Source: Lophium mytilinum
Taxonomy: Eukaryota
Assembly (NCBI GenBank): GCA_010093605.1
Contig: MU004198.1
Location: 126,726 to 190,725 of the forward strand
Direction: 5' to 3'
DNA length: 64,000 nucleotides
The position numbers and the translations under genes were made by a program. Under the pieces are notes generated by a model. The model did no database searches. It saw only the letters and a program-made list of their open reading frames with translations, and had not been told where the DNA came from. Positions 50,916 to 63,551 of this stretch are shown piece by piece; within the stretch, counting starts at the first letter, position 1; each line of letters opens with the position of its first letter.

Positions 50916-51823
50916 TCACTGCATCTCCATCCTCATCCCCTCCTGATCCAACTCCACCGGATGCGTACCCATCACTGTCATCTCATTCGCACTACCAGGA
51001 CGCCCAGGACGCACAGCACCAACAAGACCATCATTAGTCTCCTGAGAACCCCCCGAATCCCCCTTCTGCATCACCGCCGCCTCACCCACCCTCCGCCTCG
51101 CGCTAAGCAACATCACAGACACCACCCCGAGCGACAACACCAACGGTACCCCGACGCCCGCTCCCACAGCCAACATAGCGCTCCTCTTCTCCCTCCCCTT
51201 CCCGCTAACGCACGCCGTCTCACTAGCAGCCGCAGTTGCGCTCGCATCGCGCACTACCGTCGTCGTCACCACAGCAGTCGACGCCGCCGCCGACACAGCC
51301 AGCGCATCCTTAGCCAACGGCCCCCACCCCGGAATCACCCTGCCCCCCGTGAGCGGAAACGGCCCGCCGTTGGTCGAGCAATTGCCATCATAGAACTGGC
51401 AGCACCACATGGGCTGGCCGCCGATGAACAGCTTGCCAACAAGCCCGCAGCCAGAGTCGATGTAGGCTAACTCGCGCCCCACTACATCAGCGTAAGGTCT
51501 GGTGAGTGAGTGGACGCGGGGACGGGATACTCACTCTCGCGGCAGTACTGCGGACACGCGGTCGAAATCCACGTCGAGTCGGTGCAGCTCTCGCGCGCCG
51601 TGTCGCCGCTAGTGTAGACGTAGCAGAGGCCGTTATCAAGGCAAGCGTTGATGGCGGGGTCGCAGCAGTGGCTGTGGCCGTCGCCGGAGGTGGAGAGGCA
51701 GGGTTTGGTGTTTGGGGAGAGGCGGCCGCTGGGGAGGTAGCAGGGGAGGTCTGGGTCGACGGGGCTGGCGGTGGTGAAGAGTGTGTGGAACGCGGAGAGG
51801 AGGATTTGGTGAAGGAGGCGCAT
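50916..51823 (-). CDS. Cys-rich single-pass cell-surface protein (signal peptide plus Mid2-like TM anchor), 2 exons
   Basis: Hydrophobic N-terminus, CY.PSG..C..SHCC..CLDNGLC..RESCTD.TW...CP.YC and TM AVGAGVGVPLVL; predicted intron at 51482-51534. Confidence 0.8.
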
Positions 51824-53161
51824 TTTAAGGAGTTGTAGTTCTGCTACTTGGGGAAGCTTGGGTTATAGGCTAGATACGGATCGCTCGTAGAAGTGGAAGA
51901 GGTCGTATTGAGGTTAGAGAGCTAGAATCAGATGTTGTTGCGCTGCGGAAACGAAAGCTTCAGGCTACTGAACCAGAGGAAAACGAGAAGAAAGGGGAGA
52001 AAGAAGAAAATAGAAATATTTCAGCTTTGCTCCATTGGATATTATGCCCACTGAGGCTGGGAACTCGGGTTCCGGCGAAGTTGTATCATAGCATTGTACA
52101 AGCTCCTAATCACGTCCCACAGCATACAGCCCCTAAAGCTCTCGTTATTAGCGTGCCAAGTGACATCAGTATCACGGAGGCTACTGATCAACCAATGATC
52201 TCGGTCGTTGTGAAGTTCCACGTCATTTAGACCTGATTCTGTGCGATTAGCCAGAGGCTTTGTGCACGTCTTGGTTGGATGCACCTGTATATTTCACCTC
52301 GGCAAATTTCCTTCCCTTTCGCGATCTGATTGAGACGAGTTTGAAAAGCGCCGGAGGCTGCATCTGGAAGTATGGAAGCCCACGTGGGCTCACATCTTGA
52401 GATGGCGTATAGGTACAGGCGGACGAAGGATGGGGAGTTTTGACCCATTCGAGTAGGAAAGACTAGAGCTTTGAGTTAGATATAAAGCTTGGCCCCAACA
52501 TGAGCAGTCGACGTACAAAGGTTCCCTAGATCTTCCAATCCCAACTTATAAGCATAACATCAGTTTCTTTCTATCCCAGTACAACAAATCACGGCAAAGA
52601 TACCCTTTTACTCGATAATGCGCCGAGCGCGTAAATTAAGCGTATAAGCCAGTATACACTAAACATTACAATACACAGAACATAACCTCTCTGCTAGGAG
52701 TTTTTATTCGCCCCAAAAAATGCCAAATAAGCCGTCTAGTTACAGACGCGGGAGGGGATATAAAACGAGTTCCCAAAAAGCCAACGTGAGGCGTTGAAAG
52801 AAGTGCCTAAAGAAGGGGTATATGTGCAATCCAAAAAGCTAAACCCAGCCGACCAGAAAATATTTGGAGAAAGGTAGATGTGATGCCATGGACATGCTCG
52901 ACATGCGTCTAGCGACTTGCGAGGAAAATGGGAAAAATGAGGGGTAAAGGCAAAGAAATGAGGCCGAAACGATGGACGCCGGTGCAACGTTCGCGCGTCG
53001 CTTGATGATAACAAAAAATGTGAGCGAAAGTGCTGTGCCGCCATGCAAGTGCTGAAGCCGCCATGCAAGAGCGTGAAGAAAGGGGCCAAAATGGGGTTGA
53101 AATATAGACGGTGAGAATCGAAATTCCAGTAATGCGTAATGCCGCGTCGAAAATTAATACC

Positions 53162-55512
53162 TCACATCATCATCATTAGCCTTGTGGTCCGGCGCTCCGG
53201 ATTCCTCCGCGCGCCGAGCATGTTGTTCTGCTGCGCGACGTGGAAGGCGTGTCGTTCACAAAAGACCTTCCCCCCGACTTCGAAGTAGTCGTCTCTTAAT
53301 CTGACTCGGCAGTGGTTGCAGGTGAAGCAGTTCGAGTGGAACTTCTGTCGTTGGTCGGTTTCAAGATACTGGCCTTCAATGCCGCGATTGCAGCCCCTGC
53401 AGAGGGATCCGTTGAGTTGGTGGTAGTGCTGCTCGCAGTAGGGAAAGTTGTTGATGACGTAAAAATCTGCTGTCTGGAACGGGGCGCGGCAGGTCTTGCA
53501 CACGAAGCCTTATCTCGATATTAGCATTAGAAAGTGAAGGGGGGCTGCATTGAGACATACATTGCTTGTGGTAGCGACCAGTAAGACGCCCGTCCGCAGC
53601 TTTGACAGACTTGCCAACAATAGGCTCGGAGCAGCCTCTACATTTACCCTTACTCGCAGTCGTACCTCGTCGGCTGGCGGGTGGTGTCGATGCTTGTGGG
53701 GCAACCATTGGAGGAGCGTCCTTGGGAGGGCTCATCGAAAAGTTGAATGAGGGAGGGGGTGGTGGTGGGCTAGGAAGCACAGAGGGCTTGGAGGGGCGCC
53801 TCTGGTTCAGTAAACCCATTTGTATAGCAGGATCCATTGGTGACTCCGGCCCGTCTGCGACCGGAAATGGCCTTGGTTTCATCAACGGCTCAGGTGCCAT
53901 CCCTCTGTTGTAGCCGGTAGTGCCGTTGCGGCTGTCGCTCCGCGTCTCTGGGGTAAGAGGCCGGGGGGACTGAGTTCGCGAATCTACGCTGGGACTGGCA
54001 ATCCTTTGTATCCGATTCTCATCTTGCACTGGTGGCTCGTACGCGCTGGCCTTGGAAGGCCTTCGTGACAAGCCCCAAGCTTCTGATGCTGGCGGGCTAG
54101 ATCTTGAACTCGTTGCACTTCGAATGTCGGAGTTGGCAACCGAATCATCGGAGGAACCTGAATCAGAAGGTGTATGAAGCGGTTTCGCAGGAATTTGTGT
54201 CTGGATGTTGGGCAACACCGGCAGTGCCGGAACTGGTGGAGGGTCATCGCGTCTCATGCCAGCCCTTGAACCACTGAAAGAGCCGCTGCGGCTTGCGCTC
54301 CTCGGTGGAAACCCGTTGGATGATTTAGGGTTGCTCGGCAGGCCCACTGATACGGCGGAAGAGCTATCTGATGTCTCGGATCCAATGGTTGGCCGCCTTT
54401 GAAGTGGTGGTAACGCTGGTAATGGCGGAACATCGACATTAGCTTCGCTATCCGTCCGTAAAGGAAATGTGCGCGCCCGGCTTTCCGCAGTCAACCCTCG
54501 CGTCGGATGTTCGTTGGCCTGCTCCTGCAATTGCTCCAGGAAAGCATCAATCCCTTCGGGTCGTGCTGGTCTCGTAGGTGGCCCTGGTTGTTTGGGACGC
54601 GATGGAAGACCAACGATTCCATTTGATGATAGCGTTGAACTACGAGATCTGGAGGATCCCGCCGAGGAAGCTCTTTGCACTTTTCCAGCGTTCATGCTGC
54701 CCACACTACCGTGAGTAGCATTTCTCCTATGGCCCAGCCCTGATTTGTCGATTGGCGGCGTCTTTTCTGGTTCTCTACCAGAGCGCGCATCGAATGGGCC
54801 TGGCGCAATCGTGTTCATCCGCTTGAGCACACTAGCGCCACCAGTTGTACGTGGACTTAGAGGCGCGTACAAAGGATCTGCCTCGGCATACCGATGATCG
54901 GGTATGGGCTGTAGGCCATTCCTAGATTTGGGTTTTGGTTCCGTACGTGTAGGCGTAGCACTGCGAGCAGTTGGGAATGGAGGGAAAGGGCAATCCATAT
55001 TACCCGACAAGAGGTCGGGAGACGATGAATTGAACTGTCGAGGCATCGGACTGGTGGCGCTCCTCATCATCTTTGGTTTGTAGCCAGGGGAAATGGGAGA
55101 GGCGCTCCTCGGGTCACTATAGCTGCTTAAGGGTGTCAACTGATCGCGTGGCGCGAAAGGTTTATCTGCATCTGAATTAGTTTTGATCTCATGTCCCTTG
55201 CTGTTGGAAGCTTACTGGCAGCAGAAGAGTCAATCTTTGGTGGCGGTGGCATGCGATTAGGTCGAAGCAATCCTGACGTCTTCGCAGCCAAGCCTGTGCT
55301 GAAGGTAGTCGCCCGGTCCATTCTGCTCTTGGGCGATTGAGGTTTGTCTGTTGTACAGTCAGTATCGTGTGAAGGAAGAGAAGCGCTGTAAACATACGTG
55401 AAGGAACCTTGGAGCAGACATGGTCGGCCATGCTCATAATTTCAATTTCCACACCGCAATCTGAGCACTTGATTGCAGGCAGCATGCTCGCAGGCCGCGG
55501 CTCGGTGGCCAT
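53162..55512 (-). CDS. Paxillin-like LIM-domain protein (two C-terminal LIM domains, N-terminal CxxC..HxC), 4 exons
   Basis: KCRGCSEPI..YHKQCFVCKTC..CEQHY and CRGCNRGI..FHSNCFTC.HC..CERH; N-terminal IKCSDCG..DHVC; three GT-AG introns. Confidence 0.88.
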
Positions 55513-57149
55513 GGTTCCTGCCGACAGGGAGTGGTCCAGCACTTGGGGTCGTGTAAGAAAGTAGGAACGCTGGAGAGATGTTCGATGGGTCGTCCGTAAT
55601 GGTTGTCAAGACTGGCGGTTGCATGAAGGACGCGACGGAATCGATAACAGCAAAGGAGATGCGGCGGCAGTGGACGGTGGAGTTGCAGCAACTAGCGGTG
55701 GGCGGCCCAAGAGAGAAGTGACCTGCTGAATGCAGAGGAGGCCAGGCCAGGCTCGGAGATGTTGCTGAGATTAGGATCTTGTTGATCGCCGTGATGTTGG
55801 ATGCGCGAACTGCCCAGGTACGTTCGATATCTGCCGGAGAAAACTATGGAAGCTGTCACAAGCGTCGGATGCGGCGCGGATGGCAATGTGAAATGTAACT
55901 CCTGGATATATTGACTTTCGTAGGTAGCCCGGTCCCAGCAATCAATTGAGAAATAGAGAATACAAGAGCAACAACGAGCGACTTGAGGGAGAGGTGCGGC
56001 AGCATGGGGGCAAGGGTGCGGGAAATGCAGGTCAACCGTGCTCCCGTGCCCATGTCCCTGAAGGAGGCGTCCGAGGCCAGTCGATTCGCCGGCCGGTGAT
56101 TTGCTGCACTCTCAAAAGGCCATGCACAGGGCGTTCGGAGGCGCGCAGGCCAGGGGAGCCAAGACTTCGTGCCGCGACCATATTGGCAGCACCCTGCCGG
56201 CGACAGGCGCAACGTGAGATGACACAACCCACTGGTCTGCCTCGCTGGGCGTCGCAGCCGCTGGGAACACGTTTTGTGGCCGTGTAGGGCTGGGTACGAG
56301 GTCACGATGACCTTTGGTGAGTGGTGCTGGGAGACGTGGTTCGCAGACGGAGCCGTCACCAAAGCACGCCGGCGAGGAGTGGGAGATGAGAGATATCGCG
56401 AGCCAATCACGCCAGCGAGCCCCTGACGACGACCCGGAGTGCCTGAGTGCTTGAGTGCGGACTGCCGCCGGTGCAATCGAGCCCCTGGGCGGCCAGCCAT
56501 GACGGCAAACAATGTGGAGGTCGCTTCGAAACTCTGATCGCTGGCCGAACACGTCGTCCAAGTCTGAGTTCGCCCCAGGGATGTGTTCTGAGCATTGTTG
56601 CCTGTGCCGCCATGGTTTGGGACTATGTTGCGGCCAGCGCCACCACGAAGTCGACTGTTTCGGTGCGTCTGAGGCATGCGAGAAACCCAAATGGAACTGT
56701 ATCCCCCGACGGCCAGCATGCCGAATTGCTTCTTTCTTCGCGGTCCGGTCCGTCTCGATTCGACGCCGCTTGATAAGTCTAGCACTTACTAGACGCATAC
56801 CGCTATGTATACCGGGTTTGTTGTACGCGAGAAACCTAGGCTTGGAGGAGTAACTGGTGTGCCGATTAGGAGGCGTTCTGCTAGTAATTAGCATTCTTGG
56901 CACTTGTTATTTACTTCCTGCGTGATCTTTATAAAATCTGGATACTGCTTGGCAGCAGTAGCAGCCGGCTATATTAATATTAGCGTGGTGTTTAGGCCCT
57001 TATAGATTAGCCCAAGATTATTAGGGGGAGGATAACCCTTAGTAGACCGTTTTTTAGTATTTTAACGTAAGGTCAGCGTCCTTCTATTATCTTAATATCT
57101 CTATATTTTGTATTTTTATTAAAAATTAGCTAAAATTATTCTAAAATAG

Positions 57150-58378
57150 ATAAAACTAATACTTACCTGCGCCGCTTTCTCTCTATATATAGCACCGCTG
57201 CTATAGCTATTACTAAATTAAATAGGGCTGCCTATAGTACTCTACTACAGGAGAATTTAGATCTTTATCTTAAAGAGCTTAATAATAATAAATAGAATAA
57301 CTTTAAAGATAAGAAGCTTAATAAGGAATTAGATAGTAACGGCGAGCTACTAGTAAATTAGCTACCGCAATATTATAATAATCTACTATATACTTAGTAT
57401 TCCTTTATAGATTATTTTAATATAATTAGTAAGGAAACCTACCGCTATAAAATATAATTTAGTAAGCCTAAGATTCTTACGCTCGCCCGTTTATTCTATC
57501 TTAATAACTGCCGGCTTAATTACTACTACTAGGCCTCTCTAGTAATAAAGCTATATATTATTCTATAGCGCCTTACCTTTCTATAATAATTTAGTAATAT
57601 AATAGCTATATTTAGGCGTAGTAGGTAGTAGATTTATAGTATTTTCTAGAATATAGTATAGTTTCTAGCTTATTACTATAAAGCTTATATATTCTAGAAT
57701 AGAAGAACTTTAACGCGCAAGAAGCTAGAGGACTACACCGCGGCAATAGAAAGGCACCTAGGAATTAGTAAAGTTTAGAGCTATATTAATAGAACTATAC
57801 GGCCTATAGCTAATTCTAATTATCTAGAAATATAGGTAATAATATACTCGGGCTATAAGAAGATAACTTACCTTAAGTTCTAGGCCATTATTATGCTAGA
57901 TAGATTAATTTACTCTCTTACCGGCCCTTTTCCGGGCTCTACAGGCAATTTTAAGATGGCTAAGAAGTCTAGATTAATAATAAAGCTAGAGTAGATATAT
58001 AAGGGGCTACTAGTTAAAGAGATTCTATATCTCTATAGTAATTTAGCTTATATTAATAGCTGGGGCATAATTAGAGCCTTTAAAGGTAGGCTAATTAACT
58101 ATATAATAAGGCGGCCTAATTAATAGTAGTATAATAGAGAGCTAGTAAGCCTCTAAGTAGCTATTAAGTATAGCTTTAGTTTAGTAATAAAGTACTAGAG
58201 CTTTAGATTCTATTATATAGCTATAAGAAGTTATTAATTACCTATAGGCAGCTATTATATTATAGCAGTTCTTCTAATAAACTATTTAAGCTATTTCTAG
58301 GGCAATTAGATAGTAGATAAGTATAAGATAGGCACGCCTAATATAGAGGAGTACCTAGGCGTTAAGAAAGTAGTATAG
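57150..58378 (+). pseudogene. RIP-destroyed HARBI1/DDE_Tnp_4-type transposase (5' end approximate)
   Basis: One frame from 57773 reads V*SYINRTIRP, YSGYKK..LKF*AI, GPFPG, LYSNLAY, L*VAIKYSFS, AVLLIN..GN*I..EEYL. Reversing C>T/G>A changes gives VWGYIDGT.RP, LKFQA, LYGD.AY, RVAIEH.FG and VLLTNC..GNQ. Confidence 0.88.
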
Positions 58379-58699
58379 TATTAAGAATAGAATTAAATAT
58401 AGCCCTCTAGTAGCCTTTCTATTTTATATAGCCTTACTATAACTAATTTTAGCCTATAATATTATTACTACCTAATAAGTAAGAATTTAACTAATTAGAG
58501 GCCGCGCTAGGCCTAGCTCCCGCTCGCTAGCGAAATAGGTAAGGAAAATTAAACTACTAAAATAATAATAAAGTTTAATACTAATATATTTATACCTAAG
58601 TTTTAATACTAATTCTATATTAATTTACTCTAAAATAATAAGAGACTATAGTAGAGGACTGCAGCTATAATTTATACTAATTATATTAAGGCTAGAGGT

Positions 58700-59950
58700 A
58701 ATAGCGTTTAAACGCCCTACTCCCCTCTTATCTAGCTTAAAATATCTAAGTTTCTAGGCGTATTAGGGCCGCAATTCTTTAAGCTAGGTAATCTATTAAG
58801 CTCTATATCTAGAGTTTCTAATAGATCTATAACCTCTATATTCTTCTTCTTATTCTCTTTATTATAGCTAACCTTTCTACTACCTCTATAAACCTCTCTA
58901 GGCCTCTACTAGTTACTAGAGGCCTTACTAAGCGCCTTATAAGGACTAGCGGGCTCTAAAATTAGCCTTAGAGTACTTAAAAGCGCCTAAATAAGTACCT
59001 TATTTAATTTCTTTTAAGCCTTAATTAATACTATATTATAGTAGACCTAGGCTATTTTACGCCGCTACTTGCGCTCCTCTATATTAATTCTATACCTATT
59101 ATCTTAAAAACGCCTCTTATTCTATACTACTATAAAGCCTTAATATTAAGAGGCTTTCTATAGTACTGTACTACCGCTTTAAGGCTGCCTAGATCTATTA
59201 TTAACTGCCTTAATACCGCGCTTTCTACCCTGCTCGGCCGTAAGGTTATAGATAATATTAGCGCGGTTCTACCTGCGGGCGTTAAAGCTAGGTAGGCCCT
59301 TATAGTGCTTTTTAAAGTTATTATTAACATCTATAGTCTTATTAATTATAATATTAAGAAGTTAAGTATACTTTATATCTCTCTAGATAGTTCTAGTCTT
59401 ATAGCTTTACTTTTTACGCTTCTTAATACGCGCGTCTATTACACGCTATAGAAATTAATAGTAGTTACTATACTTATAGGCACGCTCTATATAAAGTAAC
59501 CGGCGATTAAACTCTAGTTATATTTTATTATCTATCTACCTTTTAAACTCTCTCTTTTTATATATAAACTTTAATTATATATAAATCTAAAGAAGTAATA
59601 GCTTCTTCTTCTCTAAGAGCTGCTAGCGCGTGTTTAATTATACTATAGTATAGTTTAGAGGATTATATATTACGCTATTATATAGATTCTCTTTCTTAAT
59701 ATTATTATCTTTAATTACTAGAGGAATAGGCGGCTTCTATAATACTCTAGTTACTACTCTAGGCGTAGCTTCTAGCGTAGCTCTAGGTATAGGCCTAGGG
59801 CCTATATACTCTAGCTTCTTATTTATATTATAGTTATAGAGAGGTAGATAAGGCCCCGTAGTTAAGATAGGCTAGTAATAGCTACTAGCAGCTACTTAGT
59901 AGTAGAAGTTATATACTAGTCTAGGGTATAGGCTCTTACTACCCTTATTA
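58700..59950 (-). pseudogene. Probable RIP-destroyed second ORF of the element (Myb/SANT-like accessory protein expected)
   Basis: Minus-strand reading gives charged helical relics (LEFNRRLL.IERAYK, DARIKKRK..KTRT). A second ORF is expected in PIF/Harbinger elements. Boundaries are approximate. Confidence 0.4.
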
Positions 59951-61484
59951 AGTAGATAAGTAAATTAAGAGAGGGTAGGCTAATAAGATAATATTATAAA
60001 ATAAGGTAGTAAGTATTAATTTTTCTAAGTATATTAATAAGAGAATAATTCTAATAGCTTAGTTAACTTAGGTAAAGATTTCTTAGTAATATAGTATAAG
60101 AAGAACTTAGCCCTCTTAAATATAAATATTAGCCGGCTTCTTATTAATATACTCCGCCTTCTATATTATTATCTATATTATCCTCTATACCTCTAGGTAG
60201 TAATTCTTTCTATTAAGAATAAGTTAATTAAACTGCGTATTCTATACTAAATTATCTAATATAGCTAGAACCTTATAGATTAATTATAAAGAAAAAGAAG
60301 AATATTTAAATAATAAGTAATTTATACTACTAATAGTACTAAGCCCCGCACCTATATTACTAAACTAATAATCTTTAACTCTTAATTACCTTATTAAGCT
60401 AGCAGGTTTATTACGGATTTTAAGGCTATCTAGTCTTAGTATTAGGGTAAGGCTAACGCCTTATATAAACTAATGCTGGGGGCCCCTGCTAGTAAAAATT
60501 TATAAAATTCTTGTGCTAATAATTGTAATAGGGGGTTAATGCTACAACGTATTAATATACGTGTTAAATAGCCTGTTTTGGGTAATGCATGCGGTTGCGG
60601 TATGCGTCTACTTATGCACCACATCCGCCGGCCTGCCGTCTGGCGTCCCTCTCCCATCCCATTCCAAATTCTTGATAGCCTTCGCCGTGGGAGCACCTGT
60701 ACGTAAAACCATCTCGTGCTTCTGCCGTGTCTCTACCTCTGCTATTGCCCCACACCAAGACGTCTGACGTCCACCGCAGAGCCCTGAAGCGCGCGCTGTC
60801 TCGCATATGTCGTGGCCCTGAAAGCGCGTGCCCGCCCCGCTTACGGTAGCACATGCTGCTCGGAGTGGCACTTCATGTCGATGTGTGCACAAGCAAGGTT
60901 GGCGACATGTCGACAGCACGTTGATTTTGACAGACCGTGTTTCTTACCGACACTACTGTTGACAGACTCGGCACCCTGCATGTCTTCAGCCGCCCTAAGC
61001 GTGCTTAGGACGACATCGGCTGCCCAAGGGTCTGGAGTAGTGGAGTCGCAGTACTCCACCGCGGGGCAATGCCAACGAGCATCGTGAGAAGCCTCCTGCC
61101 TCCGCTTCCCCAGCAATAGGCTTTGTCTGCATATCCGTCTCTTGAAATCTGCACGCTTATCAGCGCCATCACATCTCAGCAGTAGCACTCGCCGCAGATT
61201 GGCCCTGTGACTGCTCGGAACGCCCTCTTCTGTGATTCCGTGACAGCTGGAGACGGTGGATATGGATTCCTGTCAGGGTACAGTACACGTTGACATCGCG
61301 AAACGCTACTGCTGGCCGCCTGGCGCTGCCATTGGCTCGCCCAGGCTCATCGGCGGCACGCAATTATCTAGCCTCAGGCTTGGAGTCGCAATTGGAAGAA
61401 GCGGTGGGATGCACTCTCCGGCTTGGGCCGGCACGACGCGTTTGCTATCGATAAGCCTTCGGAGAGAAACACGAGTGCTCCCTC

Positions 61485-61490
61485 TATAAA
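61485..61490 (+). promoter_or_regulatory. Candidate TATA box of INO1
   Basis: TATAAA followed by a pyrimidine-rich initiation region, about 370 bp upstream of the ATG. Confidence 0.55.
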
Positions 61491-61642
61491 GACGCCCCGC
61501 TTCCTTTCACACACTGCCACCACAATTCTCCATTTCTGATTACCAGCCAGCAAGCAAACAGAACTCCCCTCCAACTTCTACCCAAACCTAAATCCTCGGG
61601 CCATTGCCCAGTCGCCAAGACGTTCTCCAATCTCCTCAACTC

Positions 61643-61743
61643 GTGCGTATCCCCCCACCATGCCAGAGCAAACAGTCCCTCAGATCAGTGGAAATCGTTC
61701 CTCAATGGCCTCGTGCAGTTGGAAAATGCTAACATCCGTTCAG
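61643..61743 (+). other. Predicted 5' UTR intron of INO1
   Basis: GTGCGT donor, GCTAAC branch site and TTCAG acceptor. Confidence 0.65.
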
Positions 61744-61855
61744 GGTCCACCACCCATTCGCAGGCCGACGCTCTTCTCCTTCTGGAGGTGCATCGGACTT
61801 AAAACACGGCAGATAAATTCTATCTTCCAAGCAATCAACATAACTGCTATTCAAC

Positions 61856-63551
61856 ATGGCTCCCCATGCGGAAGATAGCGCTAGCTTTGCGAATGGGGGT
61901 GTGGCACCTTCTCCGCCCAAGGACCTCTTCGTTGTGAACTCCCCCAACGTTGAGTACACGGACGCTGAGATCAAGAGCAAATACACGTACCGCACCACCG
62001 CAGTCACCAAGGGAAGCGATGGCAAATATGTTGCCACTCCCAAGGAGACTAAGTACGACTTCAAGGTGGACCGCAAGGTTCCAAAGGTAGGTGTCTTGCT
62101 TGTCGGTCTCGGTGGCAACAATGGAACCACTGTGACCGCCGGCATTCTCGCCAACCGCCGTGGCCTTTCTTGGGCTACTCGCACGGGCACGCAAACTGCC
62201 AACTACTTTGGCTCTGTCGTTATGGGATCCACCATCAAGCTCGGAACCGACGAGAAGACTGGACAGGAAATCAACATCCCCTTCCACGACCTCTTGCCCA
62301 TGGTCCACCCCAATGATATGGTCATTGGTGGATGGGATATCAGTGGCTTGAACCTGGCCGAGGCCATGGATCGTGCTGCTGTCCTGGAGCCAACCTTGAA
62401 GCAACTCGTGCACAAGGAAATGGCTGCCATCAAGCCCCTTCCCAGCATCTACTACCCTGACTTCATTGCCGCCAACCAGGAGGACCGTGCCGACAACTTG
62501 ATCCCCGGCAGCAAGGCTTGCAACGAGCACGTTGAGCACATCCGCAAGGATATTCGGTATGCTTCATGCTATCAACTTATCACGGCGAAGCTAATGCTGT
62601 ATCAGTGATTTCAAGGCCGCGAACAACCTCGACAAGGTCATCGTTCAGTGGACTGCGAATACCGAGCGCTTTGCCGACCTCATCGAAGGCGTCAATGACA
62701 CTGCTGAAAACCTTCTCAAGGCCATCGAAACTGGCCATGAGGAAGTCTCTCCTTCAACCGTCTTCGCAGTTGCGTCCATCCTTGAGGGTGCTCCCTTCAT
62801 CAACGGCTCTCCCCAGAACACCTTTGTGCCTGGTGCCATTGCTCTCGCTGAGAAGCACGATGCCTATATTGGAGGCGATGACTTTAAGTCTGGCCAGACC
62901 AAGATGAAGTCCGCGCTTGTGGATTTCTTGATCAGCGCTGGTATCAAGCTCACCTCCATTGCAAGCTACAACCATCTTGGCAACAACGACGGCAAGAACT
63001 TGAGCTCCCAGAGGCAGTTCCGCTCCAAGGAAATTTCCAAGTCCAATGTTGTCGATGACATGGTTGCAGCCAACTCTGTCCTGTACAAGGAGGGAGAACA
63101 CCCTGACCACACCGTCGTCATCAAGTACATGCCTGCCGTTGGAGACAATAAGCGTGCGTTGGACGAGTACTATGCGGAGATCTTCATGGGTGGTCACCAG
63201 ACCATCAGCATCTTCAACGTCTGCGAGGACTCTCTTTTGGCGTCTCCTCTGATCATCGATCTAGTCATCGTTGCTGAGATGATGACTCGCATTCAATGGA
63301 AGGCCCAGGGCGAGGATGGCAAATACGGCAACTTCCATAGCGTGCTCAGCATCCTTAGCTACATGCTCAAGGTAAGCATCCATTCATCTCCCGTACCATC
63401 TACTAACTCGGCACAGGCACCGCTTACTCCCTCTGGCACTCCTGTCATCAACGCTCTTGCTAAGCAGCGCGCGGCTCTCACCAACATCTTTCGCGCTTGT
63501 GTCGGTCTCGAGCCCGAGAACGACATGACTCTCGAGCACAAGGGCTTGTAG
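61856..63551 (+). CDS. INO1: Myo-inositol-1-phosphate synthase, 3 coding exons
   Basis: [48 protein letters not shown]. Predicted introns at 62557-62605 and 63372-63416. Confidence 0.98.

Larger units (their letters stand above)
56791..60609. mobile_element. RIP-inactivated PIF/Harbinger (PHIS-group) DNA transposon, 3819 bp
   Basis: TIRs AGACGCATACCGC (56791-56803) and GCGGTATGCGTCT (60597-60609), with ACT on both sides (56788-56790, 60610-60612). The interior is AT-rich, CpA/TpG-depleted and TpA-rich, and holds a relic DDE transposase. Confidence 0.9.

Noticed and set aside
55856..56903. 309-aa and 263-aa minus-strand ORFs
   Set aside because: They have R/S/P-rich random-like composition in a GC-rich promoter region, no motifs, and one runs into the transposon end.
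59130..59330. 66-aa ORF in the AT-rich block
   Set aside because: It is a chance stop-free fragment of the RIP-mutated transposon, not an independent gene.
63372..63416. 45-nt stop-free in-frame INO1 intron (possible retention isoform)
   Set aside because: It has canonical splice signals and the insertion would fall in a conserved LKAP motif; an open frame in 45 nt is expected by chance.
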